Shown: positions 37,923 to 50,775 of the stretch, piece by piece
Position numbering within the stretch: the first letter of the stretch is position 1
Layout: each line of letters starts with the position of its first letter
Origin: Octopus sinensis
Lineage: Eukaryota
Assembly: GCF_006345805.1 (NCBI RefSeq)
Contig: NC_042997.1
Location: 14,260,001-14,324,000 of the forward strand
DNA length: 64,000 nt
Reading direction: 5' to 3'
Position numbers and translations under genes: made by a program
Notes under the pieces: generated by a model
What the model saw: the letters and a program-made list of their open reading frames with translations, nothing else
What the model was told of the DNA's origin: nothing
Databases searched by the model: none

Positions 37923-38699
37923 TCGTGTGCATATCTAACAACCAGATGTTTTATTGGCAACGTACTGGTGCCTTTCGTAAAACTTTACGCCCATTCTATA
38001 AATAACACTCCCACGAATTCAACCTGTGTTGGCACGAAATTCTTCTCTATGCCGGCCTTGGAAGGTCTCCCTCGAAACTTCATTTCTGGAAACTTCTCTA
38101 TGATTACAGGACTTGCTAGAAACAACAGATACAAATCACCCTCTAATAAGACTCCATTGCCTTAATAGGAGGAATGACAAATTGAATAACGTTTTCAGAA
38201 ACAGCCCTAAATAGATGAGACAGATAGATATAGCTGGGATGCTTTACATCATAAGCTTATTAAATAAAGGTTGGCAGGGGGGCGGGAGCTGAGAATCAAC
38301 AACAACAACAACAGCTTATGACACAGAAGTTTCGTGTGTGAAGAAGGAGTGAGAATTTCAGTTAACGACCAAAAGGAAAGGTCAATTTACTCTATAGTTG
38401 CACCCGTTTCCAAGCCCTTTCTAACAAGCAACCGGATAATTGATGAGGCCAGTTGTTTACCCTCAACAATAGACTCTGTAGTTGCATGTTACTTCTTTTA
38501 TCTCTTATCTATGCAGTCTGCGTAATCTCTTTTGTCCTTTTATATTCCCTATTTAGCTTCAGAGCTCTTTTAAGTCAAATGTTAATGTATGTAACACGTT
38601 AGACATGACGAGAACTGCTATTCTATTCAATTCTACTCAATAACAACGACCGCCTCTCTCTCTCTCTCTCTCATCTCTCTCCCCCTTTCCCTTTCTCTC

Positions 38700-38802
38700 C
38701 CTCTCTCTTACAACTACATACATAGATAATATATATATATATTATATACATATATATATACATACATATATATTTATATGTATATATATATATATATATA
38801 TA

Positions 38803-38833
<31 letters not shown>

Positions 38834-39018
38834 TAAGTACATAATACACACATATGCACTATGCACGCTACGCGCGCGTACACACACTCACACTCTTTAT
38901 ATACACGCATTTTCATACATATCTGTATGTATACTTGAATGTACATGCATATGTATGTGTATATGTGCGTGTATACGCTTATATATACATATACATATAC
39001 ATACATATATATATATAT

Positions 39019-39071
<53 letters not shown>

Positions 39072-39078
39072 ATATATA

Positions 39079-39148
<70 letters not shown>

Positions 39149-39150
39149 TG
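38700..39150. repeat. (TA)n-dominated compound microsatellite
   Basis: Direct reading. Confidence 0.95.
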
Positions 39151-39670
39151 TTATGTAGATAGGGTTATTTTCCAAGTTATGTGCTCTTAAAGCACATTCT
39201 GCTTATTCCAATACTCCAAAGTTGGTTGCAGATGTCATATTTGTATGAGGGATGCAAAAGAGTTGAAAAATAGTGGGAAATATTTTCGGCAGAGTAATTA
39301 CATTTTAAAACAGGAGATTCTATGTCAGAAGAATTTCTAATAAGGATATATCTTACCTGTTTTTGCTACCTGTACAATTTTGTAATTCTTATTAGCGAAT
39401 GAAATACGAGTAACGGGGAATTTTCCTGTCTCCTGGTTTAACCCCCACTCTCTCTCTCTCCCTCTCTTTCCACCACATACACACACACATATCTTTATAA
39501 ATATCCGTATAGAAATATATTTGCATATACATACATATGTGTTTGTGTGCGTGTGTGTGTGTGTGTGTGTGTCTGTAGGAAAAACATTTTTTGTTTCGTT
39601 TTTTTTTTTGTTGTACCCAATATGTTGTACTGATAATACAACTGTAATTTGAGTATAGTATATTCTATTA

Positions 39671-39977
39671 AAGTGGAGGCACATGGCCTAGTGGTTAGAG
39701 CAGCGGACTCGTGATCGAGGGATCGCGGGTTCGAATCTCAGACCGGGCGATATGTGTGTTTTTGTAAGCGAAACATCTAAGCTCCACGCAGTTCCGGCAG
39801 AAGGTAATGGTGAATTTCTGCTGACTCTTTCGCCACAACTTTCTCTCACTCTTTCCTCCTGCATCTTGCAGCTCACCTGCGACGGACCGGCGCCCCGTCC
39901 ATGTGGGGAACCTATACGCCAAGGAAACCAGGAAACCGGCCCTTATGAGCCAGGCGTGGCTCGAGAAGGAACAATCA
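39671..39977 (+). mobile_element. Chimeric SINE: family C head with family D-type tail, 11-bp TSD
   Basis: TSD ATATTCTATTA at 39660-39670 and 39978-39988; tail CTGCGACGGACCGGCGCCCCGTCC..GAAACCGGCCCTTATGAGCC matches family D. Confidence 0.88.
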
Positions 39978-41159
39978 ATATTCTATTATAGAATTTTTCA
40001 TATTCTTTGCCCTCATCGTCATCCATATCCCCTATTTTCCGAATAAATGACAACAGTGAAATGTAATCTTCTTTTGCGATAGGCAGTAGTGAATCAGTGT
40101 AATGTAATTGATAAAATCGCTGTCGCCGGATAAATTTATGGTTCAACATAGACCAATCATAAATTCGGAGCATAATACCACTCTATTGTTAGATATAAAC
40201 GAGTAATATAAGAAACAACTTGAACGGAGTCTCAGTTTATACAAAAATTCCAACAGGTGCAGACATGGCTGTGTGGTAAGAAACTTACTTTCCAGCCACA
40301 TAGTTCCGGGTTCAGTCCCACTGCGTGACACCTTGGGCAAGTGTCTTGTATTATAGCCTTGAGCCAACCAAAGTAGGTTTGATAGACGGAAACTGAAATA
40401 AGCCTATCGTATATATAACTTCTATGAGACAACATGTTCTTTATCTATCTCCTTAAATTCTTGGAGATTTTAGGTATAATTATACTAATGTGTCCATCTG
40501 TTCTAATTTAATTAAATTCTGTGTCTTTATGCAGCTGAAGATTGCTCTACATTTTAAATTGAGGTAATGATTGCATTGTTTAATCAAATGGAGTTGCATG
40601 AAACGATCGTACTGCATTACCTCTGGATATCCTTGTTGCTTATTTTGATACACAGACACACACACACACACACACAACTTAGCGGTTCAGCAAAAGAGAA
40701 CTATAGAATAAGTACCAGGCTTTTAAAAAATAAGTACTAGGATTGATACATTCGACGAAAAATTCTTCAAGGAGGTGCCCCAGCAAGGCTGGAGTCTAAT
40801 GGCTGAAACTCGTAAAAAGAGTAAAGCCATATATGTAGATATGAAATGCTTACACGTGGACAGTGAGCTTATCTGGAAATATTGATTTCAAATTTTAGCA
40901 CAATGCCAGCAATTCCAGGAGAGCGGTAAGTCGATGTTGAGCACTGGCACTTATTGATTCTTACACGATTAAAAGTAAAGTCAACTTCGGCGCAATTTCA
41001 ACTCGGGATGCAACGACGGGCGAAATACTTCTAAGCATCTTATCCGGTGTGCTAGCGATTCTGCCAACTCAGCACCTTCCTATCCAGAAATATGAAAATC
41101 TTTAGTTAATTTTTTTCTGAGATGAAGCGTTAAATTTCAATCAACTAAAGAAACGTTTA

Positions 41160-41640
41160 ACAAGAAATTCTTAAAAGTTAAACAAGCACTTGCTAATGGC
41201 TACTCAAACATGCAACTAGATCAAGCTGTGGAATAATACAATTATAAATTTTCCAAACCGGATACAACGATAAAAATACCCTGTAAAACACAAACTGTAC
41301 ATTTCCTATACTACATGAACAAAATGCTAAAAAATGCCTGAAAATGCCATTAATAAAACTCGTAAAACACAACCCATTAACAACACCTAACCATACACTA
41401 ACCCTAAGAATATATTATAAGAAAAACACACCAGAATTAAAAATCTCATCAGTATGAAACCACGAACTTCTAAGACCACAGAATGTGGGATTACTTCACA
41501 TAACCCATGTAATAAAGAAATTTTAATGTAAATATGAAAATTATATAATCTATGACTCATGCTGTTACATAAAATACACAAATACAACATTTTCAAGTCG
41601 CTATTACAACAAATAATATAATACTGTCCGCGAAATAAAA
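41160..41640 (+). pseudogene. Possible highly decayed PLE fragment
   Basis: KQAL.NGYSN.QLD-like segment of PLE RT C-terminus; heavily interrupted. Confidence 0.35.
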
Positions 41641-41799
41641 TAGCTGTCGTCATTCTACACAGGCGTGGTTGTGCAGTTAAGAAGGTCGTTTTGCAACCAT
41701 AAGGTTTCGAGTTCAGTCCCACTGCGAGGTACTATTTGACTAATGCCTTGTGAGTGAAACTGGTAGACGGAAATTGTGTAGAAGCCCGCCGTGTATATA

Positions 41800-41878
<79 letters not shown>

Positions 41879-41894
41879 GCGTGTGTGTGTGTTG

Positions 41895-41925
<31 letters not shown>

Positions 41926-41936
41926 ATATATATATA

Positions 41937-42265
41937 CGAGCAAAATGCCCCCGTCCAATGAACGGTGCTGAGTTGTCAAACATTTAAGCCGGCTTTTTTT
42001 TTTTGCGCAAACTACACGTGCATCTTTCTCGCGTACGCTAGTATCGCTCGCAACAGCTGATGTACTTGCGCGTACAAATGCACGTTCCCACGGCTTTATC
42101 GATCGCATTCTCACCTGGAATCGATTTTTGCAATTTTTTCAAGGCTTATGCACGCCTTGATACCGTCGATATCTACATATCAAATTTGAGCGCAATCGGA
42201 TGGAGGATGCCCGAGACCTTAGAAGACACACACACAAACAGACAGAACGGATTTTATATAATAGA
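41937..42265 (-). mobile_element. Probable non-autonomous Helitron
   Basis: Minus strand starts A|TCTATTATATAAAATCCGTTCTGTC; 3' hairpin CCGT..ACGG followed by CTCG|T (CTAG with one change). Confidence 0.65.
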
Positions 42266-42544
42266 TATATATGATAAAATTATAATAATAAAGGATAAAA
42301 TCGTTAAAACTTTTATCAGTGGCCAGCATATAAAGTAAGCTGAGATTATAAAATACAATTATGATTAAGGGTTTAGGGTGCCATGCCTATATGCAGGAAA
42401 GAGACGTTAAATTGTCGAACCACTTCAAATCATCACTATAATAAATCTCTATATACGAATTCAGCTTAATAGGTCTGTTGTATATGCTGGCCACTGATCA
42501 AATTTTTAATGATTTTTATCCTTTATTATTATAATTTTATAATT

Positions 42545-42830
42545 GAATAGTTTCCATTTACTTCGGGGCAGTGTAGTCACTTCTGGACTACACTGGCCGA
42601 ATACACATGTGCTGAGGTGGACTACGAAATTCGATGTTGATGTGTTTGTGGTATTTGTTTGTGATCCCGGCCATACGGTTGCTTCCCTGTGGGTATGTAT
42701 AAATGTCTCATTTATTTCCCTTTGTATGATTTGCAGATGAGGAAAAGTCATTGGACTAATCCAGAAATTGACCAATCCAAGGGTAACTATTATTTTATGA
42801 ATTTCTGTCAGCTTACTCCCTCGATTTCAG
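42545..42830 (+). mobile_element. pLTR-like segment with hammerhead fold at 42730-42781 (family 7, CAGATGA core), inside nested inverted repeats
   Basis: Stem I TTTG/CAAG; stem II GGA-AA-AGTC-ATTG-GACT-AA-TCC; A-GAAA; stem III ATTG/CAAT; AUC triplet. Confidence 0.62.
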
Positions 42831-42950
42831 CACGTGTGTTATAAATGTGATAATTTGAAGTGGTTCGATGATTTAGCGTCTCTTTCCAGCATATAAGCAT
42901 GGCACAGGACGCCCTTAATTATAATTGTACTTTATACTATTATAAATTTA

Positions 42951-42989
<39 letters not shown>

Positions 42990-43006
<17 letters not shown>

Positions 43007-43418
43007 TATATACATACATACATGTACATACTTTCGTATATATGTATGCACATATGCATATATGAGCACAGGACGTCAAGAAAACGTGAACAACATGAAA
43101 AAGGAGAACAGGAAATGCAAAAACATGGAAAACGAACTTTTCTTTGAGCAACGAAAGAAACAAATAGAAAAGCGAGACAGGCAACATAAAGAACAATCCC
43201 GTCATCAGTTGTCCACTGTTTTATCTACTCCGCATTTCGAACAAAAAAGTGGACAACTGATGAAGGGATTGTTCTTTATGTTATCTGTCTCGCTTTTCTA
43301 TTTGTTTCTTTCGTTGTTCGAAAAAAAGTTCGTTTTCCATGTTGTTCACGTTTTTTTTACGTCCTGTACCCATACATGCATATGTATATACATATATATG
43401 TAAGTATGTATGTATATA

Positions 43419-43440
<22 letters not shown>
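42990..43440. repeat. Fold-back with about 160-bp unique arms plus mirrored microsatellite flanks
   Basis: Arms about 43064-43222 and 43243-43373, with indels; spacer about 20 nt. Confidence 0.85.
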
Positions 43441-43479
<39 letters not shown>

Positions 43480-43481
<2 letters not shown>

Positions 43482-43665
43482 CCGGATAACCGAAGAGATG
43501 GCGGCGTGGATTTCCACCTCGGCATCCCCGAAACTCGGAGTTTTATCATGGCTACCGAATAATTGTCACATATTACAATTACAGATAAATTCCTCTATTT
43601 ACATAATATCGAGGTCCCTTTCTTTCTTTTGTTGTCTTACCCTCTTTATCAATATATATATTTAT
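43480..43665 (+). mobile_element. pLTR-like element family 5 beginning with hammerhead fold 43485-43547 (CCGAAGA core)
   Basis: Stem I GATAA/TTATC, stem II GATG..TGG-ATTT-CCA..CATC, GAAA 43530-43533, ACTCGGAGT stem III, GUU triplet. Confidence 0.62.
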
Positions 43666-43671
43666 ATATAT

Positions 43672-43692
43672 ATATTATTATTATTATTATTA

Positions 43693-43739
<47 letters not shown>

Positions 43740-45135
43740 TATGTTTGACTTTTGCTTTACATTTGCACAAGCTGGCTCCAAGTCTCACCGAGAGACCTCA
43801 AGAGACAACAAGTTGGAAGTTCATGTTGGTGTTATGCCTAGGGTGCCATATATTTGGTTTTGTACTTAGTGTTGTACTAGTGAATGCTTTAAAAAACCAT
43901 ACGAAAATTATGTTTGTTTCAAAACTTGAGATTACATAGAAAGTATTTTGCGTAGGATATGAGCAGTTCCCATGAGCACTATCTTTTGAATTTCTGCCAT
44001 TTTGGGGTTTCCTGGTATCTGAGTTAGGTAGCAATCAGCCCCTTTTTCTATCATTCCCAGGGCACCTATGACAAAAGGTATTGTTTTAGTCTTCAGGTTC
44101 CACATTTTGCTGATTTCTATTTCAAGATCTTTATATTTGCTCAGTTTCTTTATATTTGCTCAGTTTCGTGACTTACAGTTTCAATATCGTTAACTGGTCA
44201 ATTACTGAAATATGTAATCTTGACTGAAAAATACGAAAACTGTTGACAATGCATAGAATGCACCACCCTAAGGCAGATATAGATTGACTTTATCTACCAA
44301 GAAAAGAGGGAGGCCGTGGGCTTTTACAACTTGCAACAACAATGAAGGTTGCTACAATTGGCCTAGACACCTACCTGAGAAACTCTGAGGACTGGATGTT
44401 AAAATTTGTCTCAAAACATGAAAACAAGAAAGCATCATACTCAGTAACAAAACAGGCAAAGGAATATCTAAATGAATTCCGAATACAACAAATTCCGGAA
44501 TTAGACATACAAGAATCAAGCACAGAAAAAGCTAAGCGCATGAAAACCCGTGCTAAAACAGCTGCCTTAGATATTCTGAATGATAAATGCCACGAAAAAC
44601 CTCTCAATGGCAAATACCCAAAGAGAGTGAATAATGCAGATGTTGACAAAGCCCTGACCCATCAATGGCTAATGGCCTCTGGCTTAAAATCTGAAGCAGA
44701 AGGGTTTATCATAGCAGCTCAAGATCAATGCCTACCTACAAGGAACTACCAGGCCAACATATTAAAGAACGGCAGTAGCCGAACATGTGTATGTCAACAA
44801 CAAAATGAAACCATTGATCATATTGTCTCCAAGTGCAGTCTTCTTATGCCTACAGAGTATCTCAACAGGCATGATAGAGCTGCACAATATATTCACTGGG
44901 TAATTTGCAGAAGCCTGGACTTTCCCCATGATAAAAACTGGTGGGAACACAAACCACCTCCAGCGCTTGAAAATGACCACATCTCACTCCTCTGGAACTT
45001 CACCATTCAAACTGACAGAAAGATAGACGCGAATAGGCCAGACATCATAGTAAAAGACTTCAGACAAAAAACATGCCTCCTCATTGATATGACTGTCCCA
45101 ATCGATATAAACGTATCTGTCGATATAAACGAAAC
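43672..45135 (-). mobile_element. R4/Dong-like RLE non-LTR retrotransposon with 5' inversion
   Basis: Minus-sense 3' piece (44164-43740) KLSKYKDLEIEISKMW..IGALG..GTAHILRKILSM* plus (AAT)n tail; plus-sense piece (44170-45130) HHPKAD..GGRGL, C..C..H..C knuckle and RPDI..LID RLE motif. Confidence 0.9.
44342..45130 (+). pseudogene. Zinc knuckle and RLE endonuclease coding fragment of the R4/Dong-like element
   Basis: From the ORF track: EGFIIAAQDQCL, CVCQQQNETIDHIVSKC, NRPDIIVKD..LLIDMTVP. Confidence 0.88.
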
Positions 45136-46064
45136 CTTTCAATGTGATGCCCCAGTATGGCCACAGTTCGATGATGGAAACAAGTAAAGATGAAAAATAA
45201 ATGGCATTCAAAGTCAGCTGAAGTTGTTGCTGTTAGTGTTACTGCTACTGCTGCAGTTGTTGTTGTTGTTGTTGTTGTTGTTGTTGCCGCTGCTGCTGTT
45301 ATTCCGTTTATTTCGACACCGAGTTAACTTCTGATCAAAGGCGCCCCTCCCTTTACTTCCCGTCTTATTTATCTATTTATATATTTATTTATTTACTTAT
45401 TTATTTATTTATTTATTTATTCATTCATTCATTCATTCATTTATTTATTTATGCATTTATTTATCTATTTATTTATTCATTTATTTATTTTTTTAAATTT
45501 CAGATTGATAGAGTGTGATTTGAAGCAACTTTTTTGGGGTTATTTGCTGTAGGTTTACAGACAGACTTCCTCATTCGTTGGAGCCATTTGAAGTTGATAA
45601 GATAACGAATGCCGGATTTTGATTTTCTCGCCAAAGTTTACATTTTCGATCACATTCGCACAAATACACACATACACACGTATGCGTGTATAGTGTGTGC
45701 GTGCATAGTGTGTGCGTGCATAGTGTGTGCATGTGTGCGCACATGGGAATGTGTGCACACATGTGAATGTGTGCGTGCGTGTGTGTAAAATCGACGATTC
45801 ACTTCCTTGTTACATAGATTCTAGCAGAATTCATTCGTTCAGGCTTAGAAGTTTGAATGAAAGAATGGCACGAAATTGATTACCGAGGGAGTGATTCATC
45901 GACTTAATACAAATAAACTCTTTTAGATGATATAAGAAAAAAAAACCTTAAATGATATCGGAGAGAAGCTAAATATATAAGATTATGCCAATTGATAAAA
46001 ATATATATGATTACGCCAGTTGATAAAAAACAAAGATAATGTAGATAATATATTTCATTGGTTG

Positions 46065-46296
46065 TTTAATATTGCTATCATATTTCGGAAAAGATTCCCC
46101 TTATCAAATATAAGAAAGAAAACAATCCAAGAGTTTGGAAAAAAAGTGTTACTGCTGGCAGGCCAGTCTGGTAAGTTGAACCATCACATTAGGATGATCT
46201 GCCCATAGTAACACTTTTTCTCCAAACTCTTAGATTATTCTCTCTCTTATAATTTGATAAGGGGAATCTTTCCTGAAATAAGATGCAAGCATTAAA
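46065..46296. mobile_element. Old fold-back/MITE-like element
   Basis: About 95-bp imperfect inverted arms, e.g. AAGATTCCCCTTATCAAAT versus ATTTGATAAGGGGAATCTT. Confidence 0.65.
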
Positions 46297-46576
46297 CAAC
46301 GTATGTTAGGATATACAAAGTCTTCTTCTTGATTTCTTATTCATTGGCCTCATCTTACAAGATGTTGCTTAATTTCTCATCTGCATAACAACGATATTCT
46401 TCTTAATGCATTAAGCATTCTTTCCGGCAGCGTTATAGTGTATGTAGGTTTCTTTGTTTGTTTGTAATCGGTGTTTTTGTTGTCTTTTCTTTCTGTTATC
46501 GAACATCTTAAATATTAACAGTGTATGGCTGACACATGTGAGTGCGTGCATGCGCTCTTACACACTCATATGTGTA

Positions 46577-46616
<40 letters not shown>

Positions 46617-46627
46617 TGTGTATCTTA

Positions 46628-47010
46628 CCTTTGTTTCAGTCACCAGACGACAGCAATACTGAGGTGCCACCTTGAAGAATTTTAGCCGAACGAATGGATC
46701 CCAGTGGTTATTATCTTTTAAATCCGGTTACTTATTTTATCAGTCCTTTTCCGAACCGCTAAGTTACAGGGACGTAAACACACCGACACCGGTTGTCCAG
46801 CGGTGGGCTGGAATGGACAAATACAGACGCAAACACACACACACATACATTATGTGTGTGTGTATGCGTGTGTGCGTGTGTATGTATACGGGCTTCTTTC
46901 AGTTTCCGTCAACCGAATCCATTCACGAAGCTTTGATTTTACCCATGGTGCCAAACAGTGGGACTGAACATAAGACCACATGGTTGGAGAAGGGAGCTTC
47001 TTACCACAGA
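46628..47010 (-). mobile_element. Decayed SINE family B
   Basis: Both halves recognisable. Confidence 0.75.
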
Positions 47011-47129
47011 GCCAAGAAATATAAAAATACAGGCTCATATATACCACAAGACATAAAGATATCACCTTTCGATTATGTATCGCGGTTCTTCACCGAATGA
47101 CGTTATTAGATAAAGGCTGTTTTCTAAAA

Positions 47130-47305
47130 ATGTATTTCAGGACCATATCTTATCAATCTGTACCAACAAGCTCTCAATGGGAACGGTAGCATACCACACT
47201 GGCTAGCTGTGGCAGAGACAAAGTTGATACCCAAATACAGAACCATACACATGGCAAAAAACTACTGGCCAATTGCATGCCAAAACTTAATATATAAGGC
47301 ATTTA
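47130..47305 (+). pseudogene. R4/Dong-like RT fragment
   Basis: IPHWLAVAETKLIPK..NYWPIACQNLIYK, matching RT domain 0-1. Confidence 0.6.
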
Positions 47306-47479
47306 TGCAGCTCCAAGTGGCTTATTGTTTTATTCAAAATCCTAGTTGAATACTTAAGTCAGTTGTTAGACTTCAGTTAAGTGATTCTGAAAAGTTATTT
47401 TAAAGATATTATTTACCAAAAATTTCGAGGAAAATAACTATAGTTACAAAAGTACTTCTCATTGACAGCATAGTTTTCG

Positions 47480-48375
47480 AGGTCAGCTGCCCCGTGGATG
47501 TGAATGTGTAATCGCTGATGTGTTTAGTGTGCTCTTTAAGTCAACAAACTTAGAAACCACATCAAGTTTTCTTCCATACACAAAGGTACCAGGTTCTATG
47601 TATGGCATTCCTGGTGCTGGCTGAAACATGACAACAATTTTGTAACCAAAATTTATTGTAACAATTTATCTTATGGTTAAGCCAAGTGCCTCACAAGCCA
47701 TTGAAATTGCATCCATAAGATTTTGCATGTCCTCCTCAGTATGAGTGACAATATCTCAATCATCTGCATTGAGGAGATCTCTAATAAGAGTAGAGGACGC
47801 CCTTGACTTGGCTGACAGTCTTCTGATGTTAAAGATTTCTCCTGTTGTGATATCTGATATATTTGCCTTCATAGGAGCCTTTGAAAGCCAATTGAAAAAC
47901 TATAGTAAAATAGAGGGTGAAGAGAGTGGGTGCTACTATATCACCTTGTTTCACCCCATTCATACAGAGATAGGCTCTGAGAGCTTTCCACCAATGTTGA
48001 TCCTTACTTCCATGCCATCATGAAACTGCTTCAGAATAGTGAGAAGGTTTACCGGGCATCCAAGTCTCCTCAAGATCTCCCACAAGGCAGTTCGCTTCAC
48101 AGAGTCAAAAGCCTTAGTAAGATCAATGAATACGTGATAAAGTTCTATTTGCTGTTCCTTACACTTTTCCTGTAACTGCTGTGCAGAGAAGATCATGTCA
48201 GCAGTACCCCTACCATTTCTGAATCTACTCTGTGATTCAGGCAGAATTTCATTAGTCACATATATCTGCAGCCGGTCCGACATTATTCGTGATAAAACTT
48301 TGCCGGCTGTAGCAAGCAGACAAATACCACAAAAGTTATTGCATTCAACCATTACCCTTGAACACAATTTCCATT
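47480..48375 (-). pseudogene. Decayed RTE-clade LINE reverse transcriptase
   Basis: GICLLATAGKVLSRI..LPESQSRFRNGRGTADMIF..FIDLTKAFDSV..LLNADD. Confidence 0.9.
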
Positions 48376-48698
48376 ATTGTATTACGCACGCACGGAAGTG
48401 TTTGTTCGACTAGGTGCTGCTGGCTTTATTACGCACGACTCAAGTTAGAGCAGAGGTGCGTATTATACACAAGGTTTAGGTTTTTCAGAGGTACATTCCC
48501 CTAAAAATCCCCTGCGCATTATACTCAAGGACGGACTATACTCGAGGATTTATATACATATATACATATATAGACATATATATGTTGATATATATTTATA
48601 CACACACATATATATATACATACATGTATACATATATACATACATATATATATATACACGCACACATATATATATACACAAAGATATACACATACATG

Positions 48699-48761
<63 letters not shown>

Positions 48762-48989
48762 ACACACACGCCCACACTCACACACACACCCTTGTCATCT
48801 CGCACACCGTTGCTACTGCTGTTGCCCCAGCCTTCGCCCAACATATACACACATACACACACACGCCAACACTCACACACACACCCTGGTCATCTCGCAC
48901 ACTGTTTGTTTACCTTCCTTCTTTTTCCGCTCTCTTGTCTTTGAAAACCCGCATTCTCTTGTTTACTACTTCCGTCTTTCCAGTATGTT

Positions 48990-49190
48990 GACCTCATGAA
49001 GACCACTTGCATTTTTTTCCTCTCTGTCCTCCCATCTCGGGATCTTTCTTTCTCCTATGTTTCCGACGAAGAGCTCCGCTCGAAACGTCATACCCTCCTT
49101 CTTCCCTTTTTTCCTGAGCGCCTAATAATACTTTAATTGTTCCACCTCCTCGCGTTGTTGTCTTTTTTGTTTTCTTGTTTGGATTAACTT
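48990..49190 (+). mobile_element. pLTR-like element family 2 with hammerhead fold at 49059-49093
   Basis: GTTT-CCGACGA-A-GAGC/GCTC-GAAAC-GTC-ATAC. Confidence 0.72.
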
Positions 49191-49281
49191 TATATATATA
49201 TATATATATATACATATCTACAAAGATACACACACACACATACATACACACACACACATACATACATACACACATACACGC

Positions 49282-49328
<47 letters not shown>

Positions 49329-50058
49329 TGTATGTATATACATATATGTATATTTATACATAGTGAAACTATCAAAAAGTGAATCAATACAAAACTGAAA
49401 CTATTTATAACTGTTATTCCGTCGAAGGTTTCAATTTTATTGTTCTAGTTTTCAGACATAATACGGAAACGGTGCCATTGTTGCATTGTTTTAATCCCCC
49501 AAAATTGCATTTTGACACTCCTGAGGTCTCATAGTATTGCCATTTAAAATTTGATTTGATATGGTTAAGCCGTTTGAGAATGCATTGGGAATAGGGATAG
49601 AAAGGATTTATATATTTATATAACATTTATACAAAATTATCTCCTCTTGTTATAAGGAGCATAAAATATTTCACTCCTAAATGCATGCACGTTGCCTCTT
49701 ATACCTAGATGAGTGGTTGATAGATTTATCAACAACTTTTGTGACACAATTAAAAGTTTACAGTTAGGTAAGGAGTTTGATAGTAAAACCTATTTCTTTT
49801 TTTTTTTTTTTTTTTGCACCTGAACTTCAATTGTATCGAATATGAGGTCATCAACTCAACAAGAGAGTCGTCGTGTAGTCCTTGCTTAAACAGCAAGAAA
49901 TGGAGGTCAAGCCTCCTTCATTCCACACTGTACTGAATTGATCTATGTAGTGTCGTCGACCCAAAGCGCCACCCAGTGGGACAGAATTCAGAACCATGTA
50001 ATTGGGAAGTAAATTTCTTACTACGCAGTCACGCTTGAAGTACGTGCAAAGGTTTTCG

Positions 50059-50059
<1 letters not shown>

Positions 50060-50107
<48 letters not shown>

Positions 50108-50665
50108 GAATGAGAGAGCAGTGCATGCCATCAAAGTGACACTGGGGTAAAATATACGAAGCCCAGTATACCCATCATGACTACTCGTCTGATAAGGGTA
50201 CACTAGGCACATGCATCACAACCATATGTGCGCGACATAGTGATCTCATATCAAGTTAAACAGCACATGACCTTGCAGGTGGGGACCACTTAGAATTTTC
50301 TTCTGACCGAGTAGCCCAAACCGCTCAAAAGGTCTCTGAATAAGGATTGTTTAAGGATGTTGAACGAAACACCCATGTTTCCAGAGGTGAATTATCCAAA
50401 CCTCCAAGAATTCCTTTCAACACACGGCTATGATGCTTCCCCATTGCTTCTGCTTGTGATCAGAGATGCACATATCGTCAGCCACTAAAGGGCATTCTCA
50501 ACTGGTTATGGTCAAACAACTGACGAGCAAATCTGTGGTATTGAGCAGAATATTTACTGTAGCCCATCTTTTATACCAAGACAAAGCGTGTACATGATAA
50601 CACTTCCAATCAGTTAAGATCAGAAGCCATGAGAGCCACTGCCTGGTACTGCATCATGGCTATCA
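50060..50665 (-). mobile_element. Second copy of the LINE-derived 3'-end repeat with (AAT)n tail
   Basis: Reverse complement of about 5800-6372. Confidence 0.75.
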
Positions 50666-50775
50666 TTATTATTATTTTTTATACATACGTTTATACATAC
50701 ATGCGTACACACACACACACAACACACACACACACACCACACACACACACACAACACACACACACACACCACATC

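Noticed and set aside
37990-38165. Non-repetitive segment open on both strands (NSTCVGTKFFSMPALEG.. / ..KFRGRPSKAG..)
   Set aside because: No recognisable domain and weak splice signals; length is within chance expectation.
43250-43300. CTGATGA motif in the fold-back arm
   Set aside because: No GAAA after a plausible stem II.
44342-45187. 281-aa ORF as a host gene
   Set aside because: It is the zinc-knuckle/RLE part of a truncated, inverted R4-like retrotransposon.
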